64,000 nt of DNA from Dehalococcoidia bacterium (lineage in GTDB: Bacteria > Chloroflexota > Dehalococcoidia > Lucifugimonadales > VXLM01), in assembly GCA_965247555.1 (NCBI GenBank), contig CBDFHR010000009.1, positions 1,876,045 through 1,940,044 of the forward strand. The letters are read 5' to 3'. The notes below the pieces were generated by a model that saw nothing but the letters and a program-made list of their open reading frames with translations, was not told the DNA's origin and ran no database searches. Below, one piece after another: positions 47,200 to 56,485 of this stretch. The position numbers and the translations under genes are program-made. Each line of letters starts with the position of its first letter. The first letter of the stretch is position 1.

Positions 47200-47212
47200 C
47201 GTCCAACCCTTA

Positions 47213-48096
47213 GAGGGTGTGTGAGAAGTTCAAATTAGGTTGGTGCTAAGCGTCGGAGCATTAGATGAATCATAGCTATGTGGATCCAGGCCTCCGTTGT
47301 ATCGGACAGAGCTTCGTAGTCCCCGTATCAAGTACGGGGCAGGCTCTTGCTCAGCCGACGGCACCTGCTGAGCCACGCGAATGTTCGTTCAACCACCCAT
47401 CTTCGCGGCAGCACCTGAAAGTGGTGGCTGTCCCTGGGGCGCTTGACAATCTCGAGCGCCCAGCCTGTCAGGGCCCAGACCCACTCGATCAGCTTTCCAG
47501 CATAGCCAGCGTCAGCCCAAATCAATCGCAGGCGGGGAAACCGTCCTTTCAGCTTGTCCATAACCAGCCTTGCCCCGTCCCTGTCTTGGATGTCAGCAGG
47601 GTGAACCACGATAGCCAACAGCATCCCTATGGTATCCACGGCGATGTGACGCTTGCGTCCCATCACCTTCTTACCAGCGTCAAAGCCACGAGGCCCCCTT
47701 CTTCCGTCGTCTTGACCGACTGGCTGTCTATGCTGTCTATGATAGCTGCACTGGGAGTCCACTCCCTCCCTTCAGCTCGGCGGACTTCAGGACGAAGGGC
47801 CTCATGGACTTGCTCCCAGATGCCCTCATTCTTCCACTTGCGGAAGTATTGGTACACTGTCTGCCACGGCGGAAAGTCATGTGGGAGCATCCGTCATGGA
47901 CAACCTGTCCGTAGAACATAGAGGACGCCGTTGATCACCTCCCGCATATCAACCGTACGTGGCCTTCCGCCTGGCTTGGCAGATGGAAGCAACGGTGCGA
48001 GGATATTCTACTGGTCATCAGTCAAGTCGCTGGGGTATGGCTTCCTTTTCATAAACTAAGTCTCTAATCCATATCTGAGACTTTGCACACACCCTC
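47213..48096 (-). mobile_element. IS5-family (IS1031-like) copy 2: chimera of copy-1-type 5' part and copy-3-type 3' part
   Basis: TTA/TTA flanks. 47213-~47510 is the reverse complement of the copy 3 right end, including the 24-bp hairpin insert at 47322-47345. ~47511-48096 matches copy 1, plus a 9-bp duplication (IIDSIDSQ). Confidence 0.85.
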
Positions 48097-48163
48097 TTAG
48101 AGAAAGGGTCCGGCATGATGCACCGGACCCTTCGACATTACCACAGATTCATGCAGCTGGCGG

Positions 48164-50566
48164 CTAACGACTTCCGATGCGGTTCTCGCTGGCGTATCGC
48201 TGTGACCTGTTGCCGGGATTGTGTAGGTTGTCGAGACCGTCCTCAAAGTAGTAGGCCTCAAGGCTGAGCCCGTGCAGGTCCGGCACGTGAGTCTTGGGGA
48301 CGTTCCTGAAGTTGTTTCTCTTGAGCATAACGCCCCGCAGGTTGCCGGTAAGACCGACGACGTTAATGTAATATTTCTCCTCCGAGCTAATGCGGTACAT
48401 TTCCTTGCCCAACTCGACTCGCCTGGGATCCACGACCTGCCACCAAGGGGGCAATTTGGTGCCCTCAAGCCACAACTCATACATGCCGCGCAGATTGCCC
48501 GAGGGATCGGCGGCGTAGTTGTCGGGCGGGGCTATGGGAAGGAATGAACTGTCCGGGCCGGGCCCCATTCCTTCCTCGCCGTTCGTCTCGACCCACTTGC
48601 CGATCTCGGGACCGAGCATGTTGTTCCGTCGCGTCGGCGTCAGCTCAGGACGTCCATCCCAGGGATTCGCCTTTTCGGGGTGGAAGTTCAACTCGAAATA
48701 AGCATCGCCGGCGATCACGGCCGTCTGCGGGTTCGGAACCTCCCTCCAGTCCAACCTGATGCCCAGTTCCAACAGCTGGCCCTGCCATACCTCCGCGACG
48801 CTCACGTAGTTCGCGTTGACCTCCATGAACAGCTTGAAGTTGCCGGTGTCGCCGTCGATATCGCCCTTCCGGTTCCGCATACCGTCTCCGTCGGTATCGA
48901 CGATGCCCAAGTCGTCCAGTATCTTGTTAGCTCGCCCAACGTCGTGGAGCGCGTCGAGCGTGAGGTATTCGTCGCCGGGATACCAGGGTATGGACTGGTG
49001 CGGCACCCAGTTGCCCGGCTGTCCGAGCCCCAAGAAGACCGTCTGATTGATCGCGTTTCTGTCCATGCCGAGCGAAAGCGCTCGTCGGAAGTCCTGAGTC
49101 CTCAGCCACCGCCCGATCTCAGGGTCTTTGTTGAACGTCTGGCTCAGGGCGAAGGTCGCGTCGCAGCCACACGGGTCGGTCCACCAGTAGAGGCTGTAGT
49201 CGCCGCGTTCCATATTCGCGATGTACAGGGGCACTTCGGCCAGCCGGAAGATGTTGGTATAGGCGTCGGTCTCTCCGACCATGGACCGGAACACCGCCAC
49301 ATCGCGGCTCTCGGTCTTGAACTCCGTCATCTCATCTACGTAGGGAAGCTGGTTCCCCTCCGGATCGACTGCGGCAGAGTAGGGGTTCCGGATGTAGTGA
49401 CGGATGTCCGGGGTCCTCTCGGCCAAGTACAATGGGTTGGCCGTTGGGAACCCCATGCCCGGCACCTGGTTATTGGGATTGGTACCCTCGCCGTTGGCCA
49501 TCTTCGTGAAGAGCTCCTGCCACGTGCTCAACTCGTTGTCGGCGTCGATCTTCGCTTGAAGCTCTTTAGGGTCGGCGAACTTGACATGGAACTGCTTTAG
49601 GTAGTGCTCGGGCGCATACCAGCACCAGAACCAGCATACCCTGGAGTTTCGTATCGACGACTTGTTCTCGTGGAAGACGAAGTTCGGCGAGTCGAAGGAC
49701 AGGGTGAACGAGAAGTCGTCAATGCCGCCAAACTCCACCTCCTTGCCAGTGACGGGGTCCTTGGCCCACGACGCGAACTGGTAGCCTATCTTGTCGTAGC
49801 CGCCCCAGTTGAGGTCCTGCCACGCGAACCGAAAGTCCTCGGACGTAAGGTCATCTCCGTCGTTCCACTTCATTCCGCGGCGCAGATGCACCGTGTAGAC
49901 GCGACCGTCCTCGCTGATCGTTATTGACTTGCAAGCCTCGGGCAGCCATTGAACGCCGTCCGCGTCACGAGACATGCATAGCCCACGTCCTCCGTAATAC
50001 AGGCCGCTAAACCCGCTCGTGGTGATCCTCCACGTGCCGCCGTACTCCCCGATCTCATCCGGGGGCGGAATGATCTGAACGTCCTCCGCCACAGGCAGCC
50101 GCTGCTCGATGGGCGGGATCGTCCCTTCCCTCACCATCTGCGCGAGCATCGGCGCTTCCTTGAACTTGGACGGGATCGGACCGTCCCACTTGTAGGAATA
50201 ATACTCGCCTGGGCCCGGCATCATGGGCATGTACTCGTACTCTTCCATCGCCATGCTCTGGTCGGGGCCTTGCCGCTCAGTGGGAGCGGACGCGGCGGCA
50301 ACAGAGGCGGACGGGAGGGCAGCAGGCTCTGGCAGTTGCGGTCCTCTCGCCGGCGCTGCTTGTGCCGGCTGTTGCTGGACCTGGGACGGGGCCTCAGGAA
50401 CTTGAGCATCCGACGGGTACTCCGCCGGAGCTGCAGGGGCCGCTGCTCTCGCCGCGGCGGGCGCCTGCGGATCTTCTGGCTCCTCGGCTGCGCAGGCCAG
50501 TAAGGCCACTGTCATTACTGCCGCAATAGCGATTGCTAATTTCGTGGACGTTATGAGGGTATTCAT
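48164..50566 (-). CDS. Large ABC-transporter substrate-binding lipoprotein (family 5, peptide/oligosaccharide type)
   Basis: Signal plus LLAC|AAEE lipobox, an Ala/Pro-rich linker, and 800 aa with family-5-like blocks (..RRALSLGMDRNAINQTVFLGLGQP..). Confidence 0.8.
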   Translation of the reverse strand: MNTLITSTKLAIAIAAVMTVALLACAAEEPEDPQAPAAARAAAPAAPAEYPSDAQVPEAPSQVQQQPAQAAPARGPQLPEPAALPSASVAAASAPTERQGPDQSMAMEEYEYMPMMPGPGEYYSYKWDGPIPSKFKEAPMLAQMVREGTIPPIEQRLPVAEDVQIIPPPDEIGEYGGTWRITTSGFSGLYYGGRGLCMSRDADGVQWLPEACKSITISEDGRVYTVHLRRGMKWNDGDDLTSEDFRFAWQDLNWGGYDKIGYQFASWAKDPVTGKEVEFGGIDDFSFTLSFDSPNFVFHENKSSIRNSRVCWFWCWYAPEHYLKQFHVKFADPKELQAKIDADNELSTWQELFTKMANGEGTNPNNQVPGMGFPTANPLYLAERTPDIRHYIRNPYSAAVDPEGNQLPYVDEMTEFKTESRDVAVFRSMVGETDAYTNIFRLAEVPLYIANMERGDYSLYWWTDPCGCDATFALSQTFNKDPEIGRWLRTQDFRRALSLGMDRNAINQTVFLGLGQPGNWVPHQSIPWYPGDEYLTLDALHDVGRANKILDDLGIVDTDGDGMRNRKGDIDGDTGNFKLFMEVNANYVSVAEVWQGQLLELGIRLDWREVPNPQTAVIAGDAYFELNFHPEKANPWDGRPELTPTRRNNMLGPEIGKWVETNGEEGMGPGPDSSFLPIAPPDNYAADPSGNLRGMYELWLEGTKLPPWWQVVDPRRVELGKEMYRISSEEKYYINVVGLTGNLRGVMLKRNNFRNVPKTHVPDLHGLSLEAYYFEDGLDNLHNPGNRSQRYASENRIGSR

Positions 50567-50897
50567 AAGACAGTCTCCTTAAACTTATTCAGTAACCGGA
50601 CCCTGTCGACGTTCCGCATTTCTCATCCCTATCCTGACCCACTTCGACATTCCTGCAACCGCCAGTTTTACACTCCGCTGCGTGGTAGGAATCAGACCCA
50701 GGGCGGCCGCTAATTATCGAGAGAACTTCCTGCTAGTGGCTTTAGGCGCCTCCATAACCTCCAAATCGCTGTTGGTGATATTATGGTCGCGTACGTCTGT
50801 GATTGTCAAATCCGTCTCCACCTTGACAATGCTCGTGCGAATACGCGCAATCTCTGGGTGGGAGAGAACGAAAAGCACGTTGCCAGGGCCGTTTCTT

Positions 50898-50943
50898 GTA
50901 TACTCTGGGGAAACAGGTGCGTATACTCTGGGGAAACAGGCGC
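50898..50943 (+). repeat. Two tandem 23-bp direct repeats upstream of the esterase gene
   Basis: GTATACTCTGGGGAAACAGGTGC / GTATACTCTGGGGAAACAGGCGC. Each contains TATACT. Confidence 0.7.
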
Positions 50944-50996
50944 GGCGGGTCTATTGAAGGGAAAGAATTCGGGTCCACTGCAACGGAGCCGGCACA

Positions 50997-52028
50997 GTGA
51001 CACGATCGAAGGAGACATGGCTCAAGCGCCGCGAGGAGCTTCAGGATGCCTACGTGCGCTGCATGGGGGGCTACCCGGAGCGCGGCGACCTCGTAGCCGA
51101 GATAATCCGCGATGAACGGACCGACGAGTTCGCGGCTCAGTGGGTACGCTTCTCCAGCGAACCGGGTGAGCGCGTGCCGGGGCTGTTCGTTAGGCCCTTG
51201 TGCTCCGCAGGTCGACTGCCGGTAATCGTCGTGATACCAGGGGGGCATCGGACGAAGGACTTTGCGCTCTTCGGTCACGAGCAGTGGCCGTTTCCCTTCG
51301 ACGTCGAGTCGCCGCATCATCGCTTCCCCGTTGAGACGATTGGCAATTTCGAGCCGCTTCCGTTTACCCTGCTGCTGAAGCACGGGTTCGCGCTGATGAG
51401 TCTCGACGCCCGCACGTTCGGCGCGCGTGCAGGGTGGCGACCGGAGGATCGAAACGCCGACCGCAGGGCATTCAACAAAGCGTCCTGGGACGACATGCAC
51501 GCGCTGATGCGGCGCGCGACGATCGACGGAAGAAGTGTGGCGGGAATGGAGACCTGGGACATCGTCCGCGCCGTCGATTATCTCGCAACCAGGGACGACG
51601 TCGACGCGGATCGCATCGGGTGCGCCGGTTGGTCGATGGGCGGCAACCTCTCGTGGATGACCGCCATCGTCGAACCGAGAATCAAGGCCGTGTGCACGGT
51701 CAGCTGCATGATTACCTACGAAGCCGCGTTGGATCACCGGCGGGACGCGGCGCCGTATGCGTGGATTCCGGGCATCAGAAAATACACGTCCCGACAGGAA
51801 CTTTTCAGTACGCTCGCTCCTCGTCCATTGCTTTGTTTCGAGGGAGACGCCGACATGCCGGGAGAAGGGTATCAGCCGATGTTAGACGCGGCCCGTGCGA
51901 AGTACGACCTGTTGGGGGCCGGAGACCGTATGCGCGTGGAGATGTATTCCGGCGGTCACCACACCTGCCTGCGAGAAGAGTCGACGTACGACGAGATTGG
52001 CCGGTGGTTCGCCAAGTGGCTGAGGTAG
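50997..52028 (+). CDS. Alpha/beta hydrolase (acetyl-xylan-esterase / dienelactone-hydrolase-like)
   Basis: Nucleophile elbow GCAGWSMGGN, with a later D and H (..GDADMPG.., ..YSGGHH..). Confidence 0.8.
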   Translation: MTRSKETWLKRREELQDAYVRCMGGYPERGDLVAEIIRDERTDEFAAQWVRFSSEPGERVPGLFVRPLCSAGRLPVIVVIPGGHRTKDFALFGHEQWPFPFDVESPHHRFPVETIGNFEPLPFTLLLKHGFALMSLDARTFGARAGWRPEDRNADRRAFNKASWDDMHALMRRATIDGRSVAGMETWDIVRAVDYLATRDDVDADRIGCAGWSMGGNLSWMTAIVEPRIKAVCTVSCMITYEAALDHRRDAAPYAWIPGIRKYTSRQELFSTLAPRPLLCFEGDADMPGEGYQPMLDAARAKYDLLGAGDRMRVEMYSGGHHTCLREESTYDEIGRWFAKWLR

Positions 52029-52096
52029 ACGCGGGCAGCCGATGACGTGCCGCCCACGAACCACCCCACCGTTCCAGAGTCGCGAAGGAGGCTGAA

Positions 52097-53578
52097 ATGC
52101 CGAAGACCACGAAGGTGCTACTCTTCGACGACACGTTCCTGCTCGTGAAGCATAACCTGGCACGTCACATTGGTCAGCCGACCCTTGTGCCGGAGGGAAC
52201 GTTTCAAGACCCGAACATGGACGTTAGCTTTAGCTATCCCAGTGTTTTTCCGAGCCCCGACGGGAGAGGGTGGCGATGTCTGTACCAGGGTCTCACATTC
52301 AATCCACCTCCGCAGGCAGGCGGACATTTCGCGGCGCTCGTCGCTGACAGCGAGGACGGGATAACGTGGCGAACGCCGGACCTGACCAAGCGCGTGCCGC
52401 TCGTGGATCGACGGTTTCCGAATCAGGTCGAGCCTGCCCCGTGGGACCTCTTCGGCGAATGGGGCCCCTCCTTCTTCGACGCTTATGCCGAGGATCCCGA
52501 CGAGCGGATCAAGGGGTTTGTGTGCAAGGGAGCAGGCCCCGGCCTCAAGGACTCGTGGATCGTAACGTCGCCGGACGGGTTGACGTGGCGTGACATGCAC
52601 CACGCCGGCGAGGTTAAGCGCGAGGGCAGGCTCGGAACCCAGGACACCCGCGTGCGGTGGCATCCGTACGGCAGCGACCCCACCGTGAGCGCCTTCTGGA
52701 ACCGTAGGCGGAACTCCTACGTTCTGCCGATTCGTCCGAACAACGGAGACCGCCGGATCGCTCTTATGGAAACCTCCGACTGGAAAGAGTTTTCCAATAT
52801 TGAGCTTGCCGTCTGGCCCGACGATTTGGACCCCGATCTTGCCGAGATATACGGGATGCCGACGTTTCCTTATGGCGACGTGTTCGTCGGGCTGCTCTGG
52901 GTCTACCGGGTACCGCCGGAGGCAGGTGGGTACCTGAAGAGCATCGGGGGACGCATAGACTGCCAACTTGCCTACAGCTACGACGGCTGGCACTTCAATC
53001 GCGGCCTGCGCGACACCTTCATAGCCACCGCGGCGCCGGGGGAATACGGCGCGGGCTGCATCCTGCCGACCAGCATGGTCGTGACGGAGAGCGAGATACG
53101 GTTCTATTCGTGCGCGAATCGGCTGGAGCACAGTGTATGGAGCGACGAGCTGGGCATCAAGCAGGGCGCGATGCTGATGCACAGGCTGCGCGTCGATGGG
53201 TTCGTGTACCTTCAGGCCGGAGGGGGGCCTTCGTATCTCAGGACGCGGTCCATGCTCGTCGAGGGCGAGCGACTGTTCTTCAACGTCCAGGCGCCGGACG
53301 GGTATCTGAAGGTTGAGATCGCCGAGGCCGGAGGGCCGGTCATTGATGGATTCAGCTTTGACGACTGCGCTCCCTGCCGGGTGGACAGCTTGCGCTGGGA
53401 ACCTGTGTGGAGCGATGGACGACGCTTCGGGGAATTGAAGGGCAAGGCAGTGGAACTGAGGCTGAAGATGGAAAACGGGAGACTGTATTCCTTCAGCGGC
53501 GACTTCCGGAAGCTGACCGCCAAGGAGGGGATGCGCTTCATTACCGCCGGAACCCCGCCCGACCCCAAGAACTGGTAG
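52097..53578 (+). CDS. Hypothetical protein, possibly beta-propeller glycoside-hydrolase-like
   Basis: 493 aa, non-repetitive, with recurring ..DG.TWR.. strands. It is co-directional with the esterase and sialidase-like genes. No family assigned. Confidence 0.5.
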   Translation: MPKTTKVLLFDDTFLLVKHNLARHIGQPTLVPEGTFQDPNMDVSFSYPSVFPSPDGRGWRCLYQGLTFNPPPQAGGHFAALVADSEDGITWRTPDLTKRVPLVDRRFPNQVEPAPWDLFGEWGPSFFDAYAEDPDERIKGFVCKGAGPGLKDSWIVTSPDGLTWRDMHHAGEVKREGRLGTQDTRVRWHPYGSDPTVSAFWNRRRNSYVLPIRPNNGDRRIALMETSDWKEFSNIELAVWPDDLDPDLAEIYGMPTFPYGDVFVGLLWVYRVPPEAGGYLKSIGGRIDCQLAYSYDGWHFNRGLRDTFIATAAPGEYGAGCILPTSMVVTESEIRFYSCANRLEHSVWSDELGIKQGAMLMHRLRVDGFVYLQAGGGPSYLRTRSMLVEGERLFFNVQAPDGYLKVEIAEAGGPVIDGFSFDDCAPCRVDSLRWEPVWSDGRRFGELKGKAVELRLKMENGRLYSFSGDFRKLTAKEGMRFITAGTPPDPKNW

Positions 53579-53654
53579 ACGGTTCACCGAGTCCCGCGTG
53601 TAACGGAAATAGCCGTGTGCCGAGAACGGTGCGGATAGTGATGGGAGGAACGTC

Positions 53655-54950
53655 ATGACCAACGTGCCAATGACACGACCCGATGGCCTTATTGCCTCTC
53701 ACGAGTATGACCACCCGGAGGGCGCAGGCAACATGTGGGCGGCATTCGTCGAGCTTCGAGACGGACGCATCATGCAGCTGGCCGATTCCCACTTCAGCAC
53801 GTCCGGCGACGGCGGGGTCACCTGGTCCGACACGTACGGGGTCTGCGACGCCGACGGCGACCTCGTGCGCGGATCGGGCCTCGTCAGGCTTTCTGACGAC
53901 CGGATACTGCTGAGGGGTTCGGAGCAGGACCGAGAGGGCCGTGTGAAGCTGTGGACATCCAAAGACGAGGGAGAGACGTGGCAAGTGCTTTCTCGCCCCC
54001 GTCTTCCGGGTGGTGGCAAGACCATCATCAGGACGTCTTCCGGGCGCTTGATCCTCGCGTCAACTCGTTCTGTGGGCCAGCGCGGCGGCCCGGAACCTGA
54101 CGACTGGCCCAAACCCGGAAAGCTCGTGCATGGTCAATGGGTAAAGACCAGCGCCCACTACTACGACCCAAGCCTCTCGTGCGCTTTCGTCTACTACTCC
54201 GACGACGAGGGCCGCACGTGGCATGAGAACAGAGACGGCGGACTCCTAGTTATGCTCGACTGGAACGGGATATTCAGCTTCACGAACGAGCCGAGCGTCA
54301 CGGAGGTCGCGCCCGGCAAGCTGCTCATGTTCATGCGCACCGGCCTCGGCCGGCTCTTTCTGTCCTGGTCACATGACTCAGGCGAGACCTGGACCCGCCC
54401 TGCCGCGACCTCGCTCGCCTCTTCGACCGCTCCCCCTCAGATCAAGACTTTCTCGAACGGTCATCTCCTCTGTGTCTGGAATCAGCAAAGCGAAGAGGAG
54501 GTCCAACAAGGGTACCTGCGCACAAGGCTATCGTCCGCGGTGAGCCGCAACGGAGGAAGTCTCTGGGAATTCTTCCAGAACGTCGAGTCGATCCACGAAG
54601 AGACCCGGGTCGTACCCGGCCCGGTGCAACTGGCCCGGCCGGCCGAGTATCACTTCGGACCGGAGGTTCCCGCGCCGGAACTGGACGACGAGAACGTCAC
54701 GCCTGCCGACGCGCTCGGCACCTGGACGTACCCGTCGGTGACGGTTTTCATCGACCGCGTGTTCGTCGCCTATCGATACACCCTCTACCGCGAGCATCCG
54801 GAGTACGCTCAACTGGTGGGGAGCAGCAAGAATCAAGATGCGTACGGATTCATCCTCAAACTGAAGGTGTTCCCGCTCAGTTGGTTCTACGGCGGCAAGA
54901 AGCCGGCCGACCCGTTAAACCGGTACCCGTTCACCTCAGTCCAAATATAG
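53655..54950 (+). CDS. BNR/Asp-box repeat protein (sialidase/exo-alpha-sialidase-like)
   Basis: Five Asp-box-like motifs: SGDGGVTWS, SKDEGETWQ, SDDEGRTWH, SHDSGETWT and SRNGGSLWE. Confidence 0.82.
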   Translation: MTNVPMTRPDGLIASHEYDHPEGAGNMWAAFVELRDGRIMQLADSHFSTSGDGGVTWSDTYGVCDADGDLVRGSGLVRLSDDRILLRGSEQDREGRVKLWTSKDEGETWQVLSRPRLPGGGKTIIRTSSGRLILASTRSVGQRGGPEPDDWPKPGKLVHGQWVKTSAHYYDPSLSCAFVYYSDDEGRTWHENRDGGLLVMLDWNGIFSFTNEPSVTEVAPGKLLMFMRTGLGRLFLSWSHDSGETWTRPAATSLASSTAPPQIKTFSNGHLLCVWNQQSEEEVQQGYLRTRLSSAVSRNGGSLWEFFQNVESIHEETRVVPGPVQLARPAEYHFGPEVPAPELDDENVTPADALGTWTYPSVTVFIDRVFVAYRYTLYREHPEYAQLVGSSKNQDAYGFILKLKVFPLSWFYGGKKPADPLNRYPFTSVQI

Positions 54951-55000
54951 CCTCCCTCTCCGAGGGCAGTTCCGGCTGTGGGTCAACTACTGAGGTAGTA

Positions 55001-55449
55001 TGCCACGGGCGGTGATGTTGGCGAATCCCAGTGCGGGGGGATTTCAGCAGTCGGATAGGGCTGACGAGTTGGTTCCCGTGGATCACCTAGCCAGATTCGT
55101 AGCTGAGCTTGGCGTAGAGATAGACGGAAGGCTACTGGGAGAGACGCCTACCGTCTTCGATTGCGGTTGAGCGGGTGTCTGTATGGCTACATGGCCGGGG
55201 TGCGCTCCCGTCGTAGGTTGGAGGCGGCGTGGCGGGATTAGGTGCCGTACGTGTGCGGTTCTACAAGGGTGACCGCGAGGGGTTGGGAAAGCTATTCCCG
55301 CGGGTGCGGGAGGCGATGGCGCCGAAAATGGTGGGCCTGCAGGTACTGTACTGCGAACTTCCGCTGGAACGGTCTCGATATAGATGGAGACGGGAGTCGC
55401 TCCAGCCACACATACTAATGCCCCGTGAGCCCTCAGCTTGCCGGGGGTG
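55001..55449 (+). pseudogene. Degraded N-terminal part of an IS1182/IS5-superfamily transposase (InsH-N/DUF772-like), cut by IS copy 3
   Basis: ELVPVDHLARFVAELGVEIDG.., then in other frames ..CLYGYMAGVRSRRRLEAAWRD.. and ..RFYKGDREGLGKLFPRV... It ends at the IS boundary. Confidence 0.5.
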
Positions 55450-55452
55450 TTA

Positions 55453-56325
55453 GAGGGTGTGTGAGAAGTCTTGGACATGTATTAGAATGGAGGTATGAAA
55501 CGCAAACCATACCCCAGCGACCTGACCGACGAACAGTGGGATGTTCTGGCTTCCCTACTCCCATCAGCCAAGACCGGGGGAAGGCCACGTACTGTAGACC
55601 TACGGGAGGTCGTCAACGGCATTGTGTACGTTCTGCGCAACGGCTGCACGTGGCGAGCCATGCCGCATGACCTCCCGCCTTGGGGCACCGTGTGGTGGTA
55701 TTTTCGGGAATGGAGACAGGATGGTACATGGGAACGAGTCCATGAGGCCCTGCGGCCCAAAGTTCGGAAGGCCGAAGGCAGCAACCCAACACCTAGCGCG
55801 GCCATCATAGACAGCCAGTCTGTTAAGACGACGGAAAAAGGGGGCCTCGTGGCTATGACGCTGGCAAGAAGGTCAACGGTCGAAAGCGACACATCATTGT
55901 AGATACCATGGGGTTGCTGCTGGCGGTGGTGGTGCATCCTGCCAATATCCAGGATAGAGATGGAGCGAAGCTGGTCATCGATAAATTGATAGGGCGGTTT
56001 CCCCGCATGAGGTTGGTCTGGGCCGATGCTGGCTATGCTGGAAAGCTGATCGAGTGGGTCTGGGCCCTGACAGGCTGGGCGCTCGAGATTGTCAAGCGCC
56101 CCAGGGACAGCCACCACTTTCAGGTGCTGCCGCGAAGATGGGTGGTTGAACGAACATTCGCGTGGCTCAGCAGGTGCCGTCGGCTGAGCAAGAGCCTGCC
56201 CCGTACTTGATACGGGGACTACGAAGCTCTGTCCGATACAACGGAGGCCTGGATCCACATAGCTATGATTCATCTAATGCTCCGACGCTAAGCACCAACC
56301 TAATTTGAACTTCTCACACACCCTC
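55453..56325 (+). mobile_element. IS5-family (IS1031-like) insertion sequence, copy 3
   Basis: Perfect inverted repeats GAGGGTGTGTGAGAAGT / ACTTCTCACACACCCTC and a 3-bp direct repeat TTA (55450-52 / 56326-28). OrfA spans 55495-55902 with a GGAAAAAGGGGG slippery region. OrfB runs to 56210, where an in-frame 24-bp insert (56192-56215) introduces TGA. Confidence 0.9.
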
Positions 56326-56485
56326 TTAGAGAGAAGGCTCTCACTTGTATACGGCCAGGTCCGCAACCTGTAAGCGATGGGGGCTGTGCACCGGCATCAA
56401 GTCCCCCGCCCACGAGTATCGGAGTATCTTGTATCGGTGTGTACTGCGAATGGTTCGTTGGGTCATCCCGATATGGGTGGATTCC

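Noticed and set aside
52118-53662. A 514-aa ORF on the minus strand. Similar long antisense ORFs occur at 2460-3596(+), 4799-5566(+), 48680-49600(+), 50781-51737(-), 60001-60894(-), 778-1728(+) and 25192-25935(-).
   Set aside because: They lie antisense to genes with clear family motifs. They are Arg/Pro/Gly-rich and low in complexity, and they are the expected open frames of G+C-rich DNA. None has a recognisable domain.
56330-56485. Continuation of the IS1182-like transposase remnant on the far side of IS copy 3.
   Set aside because: I could not recognise the expected ..DGTK(I/L).ANAS..-type motifs in any frame, so the remnant is annotated only on the left side (55001-55449).
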